The notes: generated by a model not told the origin, from the sequence alone. A stretch of DNA of 47,983 nt from a virus (IMGVR_UViG_3300037502_001252:1-47983); one strand, 5' to 3'. Positions 27,065 to 35,803 are shown, numbered from the stretch's first letter. A program made the numbers and translations.

Positions 27065-27855
27065 ACTTTGAAGCATTTGCAGAGAAACACGGCTTAATCA
27101 TTGATCGCTTGGTTCACGATAAATGGACTCGTTGTAGGACGGTGGACAAGCCCAATAAAAAGAATGGCTCGTATATATTTGATGGGATAACGGGTGCGGT
27201 GCAGAATTGGGCGATCCATGAGAAACCAATTAGTTTCCGGGGCAAGCATGACCCTTCACAAGTAATTCGTAAACCAAAAATTACGATCGATTTATCTAAA
27301 CAATATTCCAGGGCAAGTGGTAAGGCAGCCTACATTCTGAATAATGCCGTCAAGAAGCCCCACCCTTATTTGGCGAAGAAAGGTTTCCCCGAAGAAAAAG
27401 GATGGGTTTGGGGAGAGCTTTTGGTAATCCCTATGCGGATTGATGGGGATCTGGTTGGATGTCAATTGATCGATCCAGAGGGCAATAAGAAGTTTTTAAG
27501 CGGACAGAAAACCAAGAACGCATCTGCGATCTTTGATAACAAGGGGCAAGTAATCCTGTGCGAAGGATACGCCACGGCTTTATCCATCCGTAGGGCCTTG
27601 AAAACGATTAAAACACGCTACAAGATCGTAGTGTGCTTTTCAGCATCCAACCTTACCGCTTTGGCAAAGACTTACTCTGACTCGCTCATTGTGGCTGACC
27701 ACGATCCTGTGGGGATCAAGGTATCAAAACAGTCATCCCGCCCCTATTGGGTATCGCCCAATGAGGGGGAAGATTTCAATGACTACGAGCTTCGGGTCGG
27801 TGCGGAAAGGGCTGGTAAATCGTTATCCAGCCTTATACAAAGCAAAAAGCAATAA
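27061..27855 (+). CDS. Toprim-domain primase
   Basis: HPYL..KG, Q.I..G.KKF, CEGYATALS, VADHD, GEDFND. Confidence 0.85.
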   Translation: MNFEAFAEKHGLIIDRLVHDKWTRCRTVDKPNKKNGSYIFDGITGAVQNWAIHEKPISFRGKHDPSQVIRKPKITIDLSKQYSRASGKAAYILNNAVKKPHPYLAKKGFPEEKGWVWGELLVIPMRIDGDLVGCQLIDPEGNKKFLSGQKTKNASAIFDNKGQVILCEGYATALSIRRALKTIKTRYKIVVCFSASNLTALAKTYSDSLIVADHDPVGIKVSKQSSRPYWVSPNEGEDFNDYELRVGAERAGKSLSSLIQSKKQ

Positions 27856-27910
27856 TAAAAATACCGAATAGAAAGGTGCAAATGATATCTTCCGCTTTTA
27901 ATTCGTCCAT
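27833..27910 (-). CDS. Possible 25-aa membrane peptide
   Basis: MDELKAEDIICTFLFGIFIIAFCFV; GGAG RBS. Confidence 0.45.
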   Translation of the reverse strand: MDELKAEDIICTFLFGIFIIAFCFV

Positions 27911-27911
27911 T

Positions 27912-28100
27912 TCATTCTCCCGTATAGCCTTCCAAAATCATCTGATTTAGGATATTTTTGGCTTGTTGTTTGCATTGGTCAATATTTTTCTGTAACACGG
28001 CTTTTACGGCATCGGATGCGTTTTGCATCATGCCCTCCATATAATCAATGGAGTCATTGAGCTGGTTAAGCCGTGTTTTTTCTTTGTAGAACATCTTCAT
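27912..28100 (-). CDS. Hypothetical protein
   Basis: 62-aa helical ORF in minus operon. Confidence 0.6.
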   Translation of the reverse strand: MKMFYKEKTRLNQLNDSIDYMEGMMQNASDAVKAVLQKNIDQCKQQAKNILNQMILEGYTGE

Positions 28101-28103
28101 AGA

Positions 28104-28556
28104 TCACCATGAAGAAGCGTAATAGAACTCCCACTCTGGGGACACTCCAGAGTCCGCTAAAAGCCTTTCCAAGCCCCCAATCGTCTCTTTGAGATCGTTC
28201 CAATACCAATCATCTACATCGGCTGACCCAAAAAAGAACCCAGCCATCGGAGGTAACAATTTCTCAGCCTTGGATGGGTCGGAAAGCACTTCCTTGCATA
28301 TATCTAATAGATCTTCAAGCTGGGAGCGATCAACATAATATTCCCGACAGTCATCATGACCCTCTTGAACATTCCGCACAAACCAATTATGGATAGCGTT
28401 TGCTTTTCGCCAATACATGGCTTCGCAACAAATCTCTTTGACTCGCATACCGTTATGGTTGATATTTAATGACCCAATCGCCTCAGCTATGGCTTTGTCT
28501 TCGGGGCGAACTTTGAATAAATACCGTTTGGCATTTAGATACATATCTAAGCCCAT
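28104..28556 (-). CDS. Conserved phage hypothetical protein
   Basis: MGLDMYL...YWRKANAIHNWFV...LLP..GFFFGS...YYASSW pattern; AAGGAG RBS. Confidence 0.8.
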   Translation of the reverse strand: MGLDMYLNAKRYLFKVRPEDKAIAEAIGSLNINHNGMRVKEICCEAMYWRKANAIHNWFVRNVQEGHDDCREYYVDRSQLEDLLDICKEVLSDPSKAEKLLPPMAGFFFGSADVDDWYWNDLKETIGGLERLLADSGVSPEWEFYYASSW

Positions 28557-28566
28557 GTGTTTCTCC

Positions 28567-29040
28567 TTATGTGTTGGCTAGGTCAACTTTGTGGAATATA
28601 TCCACCAAAGCTAAAGCCTGATCCGTATCGATAAAAATATCGGTTTTGTTATAGACTTGGTTGATGATCTGGACGGCAGTTTTGTAATTTACTACCCAGC
28701 CATCAGGGGTTTTTAGATCGGTTGGCAGAACCCCTACGAATAGATCGGTGCAACAAATTCTATTGCCCCATACATCGGTATCGCCATCTTCCTTGCCATC
28801 GTAGAAGCACATTACGAAGCCATCCCCAACCTTTCCAAGATTGTGGCTTAAATGACCATTGGTAAGGACTACGATACCGTTATCGAACTTCTTGACCCAT
28901 GCGGTGCATCCACCTCCTGTGCCTTCAATTTCAAAGCCGTAAGTCTCAGGGGATACCGACCATCTTCCGCATTCGCTGACCGTAGGGTTTTGGATAGCCA
29001 TGTGATTATCAGTAAAGCTCATGTTTTCAAAGTCAATCAT
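28567..29040 (-). CDS. Hypothetical protein
   Basis: 157 aa, TGGGCTAW motif, GGAGG RBS. Confidence 0.7.
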   Translation of the reverse strand: MIDFENMSFTDNHMAIQNPTVSECGRWSVSPETYGFEIEGTGGGCTAWVKKFDNGIVVLTNGHLSHNLGKVGDGFVMCFYDGKEDGDTDVWGNRICCTDLFVGVLPTDLKTPDGWVVNYKTAVQIINQVYNKTDIFIDTDQALALVDIFHKVDLANT

Positions 29041-29207
29041 TTCCCCTCCAAGGTTTTATCCATGTTGCACTCAGTCCATACAGATCGAGCAAACCATGCC
29101 AACTTTTGCGACATTGGCAAATCACAAACATTTGCAAAATGTTGGATTACATCCATTGGCAACTCTTTATCGCTGGGAGCAAAATCGCCCCATTCAATAT
29201 TTTTCAT
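29037..29207 (-). CDS. Hypothetical protein (56 aa, not in ORF track)
   Basis: MKNIEWGDFAPSDKELPMDV...TLEGK; GGAGG RBS, ATGA overlaps. Confidence 0.65.
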   Translation of the reverse strand: MKNIEWGDFAPSDKELPMDVIQHFANVCDLPMSQKLAWFARSVWTECNMDKTLEGK

Positions 29208-29665
29208 TTTTCCTCCGTATCAAAACATTCATCGATAAAGCCGTCTTTTTTACTGTTCTCGGTAAAGCCCTCGAACATCATGCCCTCTTCGTCATACTCG
29301 TTTCGAAAGTAGGCATCGGGGTATTGGCTTACAAACCATTTCATAAACTCAACAGGCGGACTCCAAGCCGTTTCAAAATAAACATAGGTTTGCTTGGGAT
29401 CGCTATCGTCAAAGTCTTCGACTCTGGCATCCCATTTAGTCCCCCAATGAGCTATTCGCCATGTATACCAATCGGCATACCCATACTTTTCTTTATTTTC
29501 TAATTGTTGCTTGGTGGTATCAAAACTCGCTGGAGTGTTTAGAAGCTCCTCTGGGCAAGGCATTAAATGTTGAAATGGATTTTTAAGTGTGAAAGCTTTC
29601 GCCAACTTTTTACCGCTCTCGTTGGTTGTGTCAATCGTCAATCTGTTATAGCACCAATTAGGCAT
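29204..29665 (-). CDS. DUF1281/YubB-like ferredoxin-fold protein
   Basis: MPNWC.N, WY.W...WGTKWD, FETAWSPP, Y.E.G. Confidence 0.8.
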   Translation of the reverse strand: MPNWCYNRLTIDTTNESGKKLAKAFTLKNPFQHLMPCPEELLNTPASFDTTKQQLENKEKYGYADWYTWRIAHWGTKWDARVEDFDDSDPKQTYVYFETAWSPPVEFMKWFVSQYPDAYFRNEYDEEGMMFEGFTENSKKDGFIDECFDTEEK

Positions 29666-29828
29666 TTTTAATCCTTTCAATTTCAGTAATTTCAGCACCA
29701 CGACCATCTACAATGTCGTTGTTTTCAATTTGATTCATAAAAATCTTTTTTGCTTCGGACTGATTCTTGGCTTCAACATCTCTCATGTAAAGCACTTCTT
29801 CTGTCGCATAGACTCTGTATTTAGGCAT
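29658..29828 (-). CDS. Small protein, tandem paralog B (56 aa, not in ORF track)
   Basis: MPKYRVYATEEVLYMRDVEAKNQSEAKKIF...KNA; AAGGAG RBS. Confidence 0.7.
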   Translation of the reverse strand: MPKYRVYATEEVLYMRDVEAKNQSEAKKIFMNQIENNDIVDGRGAEITEIERIKNA

Positions 29829-30003
29829 TTTTTCTCTCCTTTACTTCACGAACTTCCAATACATCAAAATTTTGTTTTGTTTGAAATGGATGGCATTCAC
29901 CAAGATCCTCGCAAAACTTTTCTTCAGCTTCGTCCTGATCATCAGCTTCAATTACAGCTTCGTAATAAACTTCTTCGTAAGCCTTGACTTTGAATTTAGG
30001 CAT
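29821..30003 (-). CDS. Small acidic protein, tandem paralog A
   Basis: MPKFKVKAYEEVYYEAVIEADDQDEAEEKF...KNA; start reassigned. Confidence 0.7.
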   Translation of the reverse strand: MPKFKVKAYEEVYYEAVIEADDQDEAEEKFCEDLGECHPFQTKQNFDVLEVREVKERKNA

Positions 30004-30175
30004 GATCAGAATCCTGTTCTTCCATGTAAGCCAACACATCATTACGAAATACGCTAATGTGATAATCGCCATTAGCAATTTCAGCTAATAAATCCAAGAA
30101 ATGATCTACGCTCAGATTGTCTGAACCAATCCATGTTTCGATCATGCTGGGGGTAATTTCTTTTTTGGTAATCAT
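29996..30175 (-). CDS. Hypothetical acidic protein
   Basis: MITKKEITPSMIETWIG...; AAGGAGG RBS. Confidence 0.65.
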   Translation of the reverse strand: MITKKEITPSMIETWIGSDNLSVDHFLDLLAEIANGDYHISVFRNDVLAYMEEQDSDHA

Positions 30176-30513
30176 GACATCCTCCTTACCCAATGCACCG
30201 AGAATGGATCGCCCAGATCAATCTGATGACCAACTTCAAGGGCATCGATCGATTTAATGTGATCGTATTCGTAGCCACGATCTTCGGTAAAGAATTCAAT
30301 CGTGTGATATTCAAGAATGGATTTCTCGCCATCGGCTCGATAATTCGCACCCCAAAAGCATTCAAACTGTCGGGGTGATTTGGGCTTCTTTTCGCCCTCT
30401 AGAATGCGTAAAGCTTCATCGATGTAACTCATGGCATCCCTGACATCAAGCCGATCCTGATGGGGTTCTAACAGGCTAAAAGCCTTTACTAATGGATCAA
30501 TAAGCATTTTCAT
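30172..30513 (-). CDS. Hypothetical protein
   Basis: Start reassigned to MKMLID after GGAG. Confidence 0.65.
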   Translation of the reverse strand: MKMLIDPLVKAFSLLEPHQDRLDVRDAMSYIDEALRILEGEKKPKSPRQFECFWGANYRADGEKSILEYHTIEFFTEDRGYEYDHIKSIDALEVGHQIDLGDPFSVHWVRRMS

Positions 30514-30514
30514 A

Positions 30515-30862
30515 TCAATACTCCGAAGGAAGCATAAGCACACTACCCGTTAACCAAAAACGGTAAGCACCATTTGGGCAGTCGGTGTAGGAAATATTCT
30601 TTTGGAAGATACGGTGATCGTTGCCATCATTAGCCGTAATCTTGGCTTTACCGTTATTCACATCCAAATCAATAGCGATGAAATCGTGCTTGGCTGATAG
30701 GGGATAAATCTCGGTAGCGATGATATCCAAAAACCAAAATGCTCCAGCCGTATCAGCGAAGTATTGCACCCCGTCCGTGTGCTTTAGGTTTGGATTAAAC
30801 AGAAAGGTTTTGTAATAGTTTTCTGTGCCGTAAAACTGCGATAAGTTTTCTGATAAGTTCAT
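30515..30862 (-). CDS. DUF6876-like protein
   Basis: L.QF.GTE.YY, TDGV.Y.A...A.W..D.I, YTD.P, LMLPSEY C-terminus. Confidence 0.75.
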   Translation of the reverse strand: MNLSENLSQFYGTENYYKTFLFNPNLKHTDGVQYFADTAGAFWFLDIIATEIYPLSAKHDFIAIDLDVNNGKAKITANDGNDHRIFQKNISYTDCPNGAYRFWLTGSVLMLPSEY

Positions 30863-30869
30863 GATGCCC

Positions 30870-31109
30870 TCAAATAACAGGTAATACAGGTTGATCGGAA
30901 TTATTGGTAAACAACGCCCCAGCACGGTTACCTTCATCGTCTGAGCTGGGGAAAATCATATTGCCATCGTCAAGGATTAAGACTACGCAACGCTCATCCC
31001 AGCCGAGCATTTCCATCTCTTCATCCAATAGATAGCGGACTCCTACAATCTTTCGATTCAGGAGCATTTTTTTGGCAATATCGCACCAAATATCGTTTGT
31101 GTTTTTCAT
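30870..31109 (-). CDS. Conserved phage hypothetical protein
   Basis: LDDG..IFPSSDDEGN.AGALFT motif. Confidence 0.7.
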   Translation of the reverse strand: MKNTNDIWCDIAKKMLLNRKIVGVRYLLDEEMEMLGWDERCVVLILDDGNMIFPSSDDEGNRAGALFTNNSDQPVLPVI

Positions 31110-31315
31110 TTCGAGATCCTTAATAATTTATTGCAAACATTTTCATAAATTGCCCTACCATTTTCGGAAAGTGTTTCCACTTCCAATAATGGGCTGGGCT
31201 TGAACTTCCTACTTAACTTGCAAAGCCGAGCGTATTCTTTTGACCATTGCCCACTATGACAATGGGATAGTGCCAAGTAATACGCTTCTGCTATGTCATA
31301 TCGATCAAAATACAT
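31106..31315 (-). CDS. Hypothetical protein, first gene of the minus-strand operon
   Basis: MYFDRYDIAEAYY..HSGQWS.EY; GGAGGT RBS. Confidence 0.75.
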   Translation of the reverse strand: MYFDRYDIAEAYYLALSHCHSGQWSKEYARLCKLSRKFKPSPLLEVETLSENGRAIYENVCNKLLRISK

Positions 31316-31337
31316 AAACCACCTCCAAATTAAAAAT

Positions 31338-31440
31338 AAGCCTGACTCTTCACAAGCCTGACCCTCCTAAGCCTGACCCAACTACAAGCCCGACCCTCCT
31401 ACAAGCCCTACCCACTACTTGGGCCTTAAAGCCTGACCCA
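31338..31440. repeat. Six imperfect AAGCCTGACCC direct repeats
   Basis: Copies start at 31338, 31354, 31369, 31386, 31403, 31429. Confidence 0.85.
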
Positions 31441-31681
31441 ATCGCAATACATTTCTGATTGTGCCATATTGCATTGATAAAAGTAAATTGTTGAGTAAAT
31501 TAGTATGGTATTTTTTTCTCCTGTAAAAGATCGTTTATAAACCCTATTCCTGATTGAAGTAATAACCCTCAATGGTATAAGGTTATTGATTTGTCAAGGG
31601 GGTTTTATGGTCTAATGCAATAGGGCAATTTTGCCCGTTGCAATATATGTTTAATTCAATTTTTTATAGGGAGTTTTAAGC

Positions 31682-32944
31682 ATGAATCTAGTCGAAATGT
31701 GGCGTAGTCATCGGGCTGACAATCGTGTCCGCTCAGTCAAAAATCACATCCAGCACAATCTGCTGGGCAGTCGGTTTGATCGGTATCAGTATTTCAATTT
31801 AAGCAATTACAAGGGCATTAAAAGGAATTTTCAAAACTTTGGAGCTTCAGTAGGTGAAGCGATCCGTAATGATGATATCGATGCCATTATTGAATTAGCT
31901 AATGATTCGGTAAGGGTTCGCTTTGATTGGATCGATTTTATTAGTGATCATTTTCATACTGATGTTTTCCGTTGCTACGATTGCGAGTGCATCGAACATG
32001 ACGATAATCGCACTACTTGCTATGACGATTACTCGGTTTGTAGTAATTGTGCGGACGATTATGTATATGACGATGAGCGGGACACTTATGTCCGTGAAGA
32101 GGATTTGAGCTGTAATCGGATTATCGGAGACTATCACTCGTCCAGAGGGCAATTAGGTCATATACCCTCGCTTTATGATGATCGAAAGCCTAGAGTTTTA
32201 TTAGGGCTGGAGCTGGAGCTGGAGATCGATGGGGATATTGAAAATCGTGCCGAGCAGTTGCTAAACGGTGTCGGGAAATATGGCGATTATCAATACGCTC
32301 TATGTGAGCATGATGGATCGCTGGATCACGGTTTTGAAATGGTTACGGCTTACACGGGTTTGGATGTTCATCAAAAGCAATTACGCTTTTTTGAAGATAA
32401 AACCCTAAGGGGTGCGAAGTCTCACGATACCTCGACTTGTGGGCTTCATGTTCACATCTGTAAAGCTGATATGACCACGCTCCACGGTGCGAAAATGATC
32501 CTCTTCATCAATGATCAAGCCAATCAAAAACTAATCCGCTCAATAGCTCGTAGAGATAGCACCTATGGAGCGATTAAGAATAAAAAAGATGAAAAGGATT
32601 GGCTCTCGACTGCGTTGGATCACGAGCAGAAAAAATACCAGCTTATGAGCTTGAATGCGGATCGATACGAAGCCTTGAATTTTAAGAATCCTAAAACGGT
32701 CGAGTTTAGATTGTTTAAGGGTTCGCTCAAGTATGGGACGATCATGGCGTGTTTGGAGTTCACTTACGCAACATGGTTTTTTTGTCGGGATGCGTCCACA
32801 AAAAACCTGACTATCGAGCATTTTCTAAAGTTCATCTGTGCGGATCAAAACCGAAAAGATACGAAGTTTTTACGCTCATTCTTAAAACATAAAGGCTTTA
32901 CTCTTCCCCAATCCAATGTTCATTTATTTAAAAAGGTTGCTTAA
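31682..32944 (+). CDS. Putative amidoligase (COOH-NH2 ligase, Amidoligase_2-like) with Cys-rich N-terminal region
   Basis: GLELELE, HDGSL..GFEMVT, TCGLHVHI, RY.ALN, TVEFRLF. Confidence 0.85.
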   Translation: MNLVEMWRSHRADNRVRSVKNHIQHNLLGSRFDRYQYFNLSNYKGIKRNFQNFGASVGEAIRNDDIDAIIELANDSVRVRFDWIDFISDHFHTDVFRCYDCECIEHDDNRTTCYDDYSVCSNCADDYVYDDERDTYVREEDLSCNRIIGDYHSSRGQLGHIPSLYDDRKPRVLLGLELELEIDGDIENRAEQLLNGVGKYGDYQYALCEHDGSLDHGFEMVTAYTGLDVHQKQLRFFEDKTLRGAKSHDTSTCGLHVHICKADMTTLHGAKMILFINDQANQKLIRSIARRDSTYGAIKNKKDEKDWLSTALDHEQKKYQLMSLNADRYEALNFKNPKTVEFRLFKGSLKYGTIMACLEFTYATWFFCRDASTKNLTIEHFLKFICADQNRKDTKFLRSFLKHKGFTLPQSNVHLFKKVA

Positions 32945-32946
32945 TT

Positions 32947-33885
32947 ATGTGTTTACTCGTTACTCAAAATAAAACCTCTCCGATCCTCTCGGATGCATGG
33001 CTCTCGGATTTCTACTCGTTTAATGGTGATGGTGTCGGGGTTATGTTCGCTCACCATGGGGAGCTGGTGATTAAGAAAATTATCCCGAATACTGCTCAGG
33101 AATTTATCAATTTTTACCGTGAGAATATTCAAGGTCGGGATTGTGCGTTTCATCTGCGGATGCGGACTCACGGGGATATCGATCTTCTGAATTGCCATCC
33201 TTACGAAGTCTTGAATAAAGCCGAGCATGGGATCGATTTGTGGCTTATGCATAATGGCGTTTTATCCACGGGAAATAAAGCGGATACCACGAAATCCGAT
33301 ACTTGGCACTATATCCAAAACTACCTAAAACCCATGCTCTCAGGTAATCCCGATTTTGCGTTTCATCCAGCTTTTAAGGCGTTAATTGAGGATCATATCG
33401 GGGTTAGTAATAAGTTCGTCCTGATGGATAATGAAGGGCGTCAAGTGGTCATCAATCAATCGGCTGGGGTTTATTGGGGTGGCTTGTGGTTGTCGAATAC
33501 TTACGCTTGGAGTGCTAGTAAGTCGGCTAAAAACCATCCTGTAAACCTTAAAAAGGCTAAGAAACAAGTTGCCGAAACCCCAGCTCCAAAGTATGCCTAT
33601 GCTCCCAGCTACGCTCCCAGCTATTACTCAAGCTGGAGCGATCCCGTTGGGGATTACTACAATTATCAGAGCGAGGTGGAAGTCAATCTCGATGATTTGG
33701 AATACATCATCGGGAAGCATACCGTCTCAGTTGATCAGGGATTAAATTTCGTTGCTGAGTTCGGGATCGAGTGTTTCCTAGATTTGGTGGATTATGCGAT
33801 CTCAGGGCAGTTGTCGCTGGATCACTTTCAGCGTGTTATGACTGACTTTAAACTAGCTAGAGAATCATTCCCAGCACTAACTTAA
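32947..33885 (+). CDS. Class II (Ntn) glutamine amidotransferase
   Basis: Cys2 (MCLL), NGDGVG, HLRMRTHG, NCHPY, MHNGVL, SDT. Confidence 0.9.
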   Translation: MCLLVTQNKTSPILSDAWLSDFYSFNGDGVGVMFAHHGELVIKKIIPNTAQEFINFYRENIQGRDCAFHLRMRTHGDIDLLNCHPYEVLNKAEHGIDLWLMHNGVLSTGNKADTTKSDTWHYIQNYLKPMLSGNPDFAFHPAFKALIEDHIGVSNKFVLMDNEGRQVVINQSAGVYWGGLWLSNTYAWSASKSAKNHPVNLKKAKKQVAETPAPKYAYAPSYAPSYYSSWSDPVGDYYNYQSEVEVNLDDLEYIIGKHTVSVDQGLNFVAEFGIECFLDLVDYAISGQLSLDHFQRVMTDFKLARESFPALT

Positions 33886-33934
33886 AAACCCGTTCCCTAT
33901 CGGGTTTTGACCCAGCTACGGCTGGGTTTTTTTT
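33885..33934 (+). terminator. Tandem hairpins; second is a Rho-independent terminator
   Basis: AAAACCCG/CGGGTTTT, then ACCCAGC-TACG-GCTGGGT with T8. Confidence 0.85.
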
Positions 33935-34112
33935 CGTCTATTTTTTTAGGAATCGTGCCAGGCACTCGGGCCGGAAGTTGCCGGGATCGTGGCCGTTTTC
34001 GGGCCAGGTGGTCAAGCTGCATTGAGCGTTTTGGAGCTGGTCGGGCTGGAGTTGCGGTTTTTGGGCGTTGCCCTATACTCGGTTCGTGTTTTGTTCACAT
34101 GGATATATCAGA

Positions 34113-34991
34113 ATGAAAATGCCGAGATTAACTAGGAAGCAGATCAGAGAGCAGATAGCCAATACTCCAATCGAAGAGATACTACACATTCCGAGTAGAG
34201 CATTAACTACGAAACAAAAAAACTATTGTCGTAAAGTTGCCGAGGGAAAGCCATTCAATCAGGCATATAGAGAAGCGTATAACAGCAAGGGAAACCCGAA
34301 AACAATCAGCGTTGAGGTCAATCACATGAATAAAAAGCCTAGCATCAGCCTAGAGATAGAAGCCCAAAAGAGGGCTATTGAGTTTGAGAAGGCATATTCT
34401 GCCCGACAGTTGAAGAGCATTGTGATCTCTCAGCTCACAAAGGAAGCTCTCAGCCCTACAAGTAAACCCTCGGAGCGGATATCAGCTCTCAAGGCGTTGG
34501 GAAATGTCGCAGAGCTGGGCGTATTCGTTGAGCGTAAAGAAGTTAGGACGATCAGGGATAGCACCACGGCTAAAGCGGATCTACTAGCTAAGTTGCAACA
34601 GGCTATTAAAGATCAGAAGCGAACCGTTGATAGCGATGCGATGAGTTTATTGGAAGAGATCAGCTCTAATAGTATTGATGCAATGCAACATGAAAAAGAT
34701 TTCGAGGACGAGGCCCTGGCCGCAGACCCACTCCCTGGTGACCCCCCAAACGAGCGTTCGGATGAGCGTCATATACTGCATAGTATTCCACTCAAACAAT
34801 CCCTAGATGAGAATGATTCTCAACAGACCCCCCCTAAAAAGAGTGAAAAGTCAACAAAATCAAAGACTTCGCTATCCTCCAACCGTTTGAGGATAGAAAA
34901 AGAAGGGGGTGGGGGTACAAAAAATGGCAAAAACGACACGATGTCGCATTTGGAAACACCCCCCCTTATGGATTCTGTAGAAAAGGGGTAG
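34113..34991 (+). CDS. terS: Terminase small subunit
   Basis: LT.KQ..YC....G....QAYREAY HTH-like N-terminus, RISALKALG; upstream of terL. Confidence 0.7.
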   Translation: MKMPRLTRKQIREQIANTPIEEILHIPSRALTTKQKNYCRKVAEGKPFNQAYREAYNSKGNPKTISVEVNHMNKKPSISLEIEAQKRAIEFEKAYSARQLKSIVISQLTKEALSPTSKPSERISALKALGNVAELGVFVERKEVRTIRDSTTAKADLLAKLQQAIKDQKRTVDSDAMSLLEEISSNSIDAMQHEKDFEDEALAADPLPGDPPNERSDERHILHSIPLKQSLDENDSQQTPPKKSEKSTKSKTSLSSNRLRIEKEGGGGTKNGKNDTMSHLETPPLMDSVEKG

Positions 34992-34999
34992 GGGGGTAT

Positions 35000-35215
35000 A
35001 TGTTTAATAAGAGAGAAGTCTTCTTTGGGTATAAGTGGTACTACGGGTGGAATCTCTTTTGGTGGAAGATTGAAGGGTATGACCCCCTTAATGGGATTAA
35101 TGTATATCCTCCTTCGGATCCGAATAGTCTTGGGTTTGTATTGAAGGCTGGAAGAATCCTGTTCCGTATCCGTTGGTCAAAGCGGGCGAAGAAGTTTTTC
35201 TGGGGATTTAAATGA
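35000..35215 (+). CDS. Hypothetical aromatic-rich protein
   Basis: 71 aa, coupled to next gene. Confidence 0.55.
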   Translation: MFNKREVFFGYKWYYGWNLFWWKIEGYDPLNGINVYPPSDPNSLGFVLKAGRILFRIRWSKRAKKFFWGFK

Positions 35216-35352
35216 AACATACGGAGAAGTCTGAAGAGAATAGGCGCAACTGGGAGAAGCTCATGAAGAAGATCAAGCGGGAAATGAAAGAACCTCTTGA
35301 GAAAAAGTTAGCCGACTTGGAGAAGACCGAAAAGCCTTCCTATATACGATGA
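35212..35352 (+). CDS. Hypothetical protein (46 aa, not in ORF track)
   Basis: MKHTEKSEENRRNWEKLMKK...; ATGA overlaps. Confidence 0.5.
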   Translation: MKHTEKSEENRRNWEKLMKKIKREMKEPLEKKLADLEKTEKPSYIR

Positions 35353-35528
35353 GAACAGTAGAAGATATTGATCGAGACATTACGAAGGTGGTGGAGTGCC
35401 TTACTGCCCTGTTGATGGAACGAAAACTGACCGAGAAGATTGAAGCGGGGATGCGGGCGAGTGCTGAGATTATTTCGGAAAAACTCATCGCCAGAACAAA
35501 AGATAAAGGCTGGGAGCCTGGACTATGA
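35349..35528 (+). CDS. Hypothetical protein (59 aa, not in ORF track)
   Basis: MRTVEDIDRDITKVVECL...; ATGA overlaps both sides. Confidence 0.55.
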   Translation: MRTVEDIDRDITKVVECLTALLMERKLTEKIEAGMRASAEIISEKLIARTKDKGWEPGL

Positions 35529-35749
35529 CAGAGAAACAGGCGATTGTGTATAAGATCATTGACGAATGGTGGAAGATGTACGGTTTCGCGCCCTCGATGG
35601 ATGATGTGATGAAACACACGGGTGACCAGAGTAAAGCGAATATCCACCGAATTTATAAAGTCCTCTGTGAGTTAGGGCATTGCAAGATGATCCCCCGAAA
35701 AGCCAGAAGTATCCGTCCTTCTTACCTCAGGGTGAGAGATATCGAATGA
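35525..35749 (+). CDS. LexA-type winged-helix DNA-binding protein (no peptidase domain)
   Basis: MTEKQ..VY..I......GFAPS...L...G.......ARSI matches the LexA N-domain pattern. Confidence 0.8.
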   Translation: MTEKQAIVYKIIDEWWKMYGFAPSMDDVMKHTGDQSKANIHRIYKVLCELGHCKMIPRKARSIRPSYLRVRDIE

Positions 35750-35803
35750 CCTTTGCTATCGTAATCGCCCTTGGGATGTTAATTAAAGAATATATTGGGA
35801 AAT

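Noticed and set aside
31338-31440. Repeat array as a CRISPR or mini-CRISPR array
   Set aside because: Repeats are ~11 nt with 4-15 nt gaps, far too short for spacers; no cas operon
26693-33885. Amidoligase + GATase as a QueC substitute making 7-amido-7-deazaguanine
   Set aside because: Chemically plausible, but the genes are ~4.6 kb apart in separate transcription units and no QueE is seen; unsupported without co-occurrence data
33907-34116. 69-aa ORF and the extended terS start at 34068
   Set aside because: The 69-aa ORF runs through a terminator and a GC-rich patch; no RBS for either
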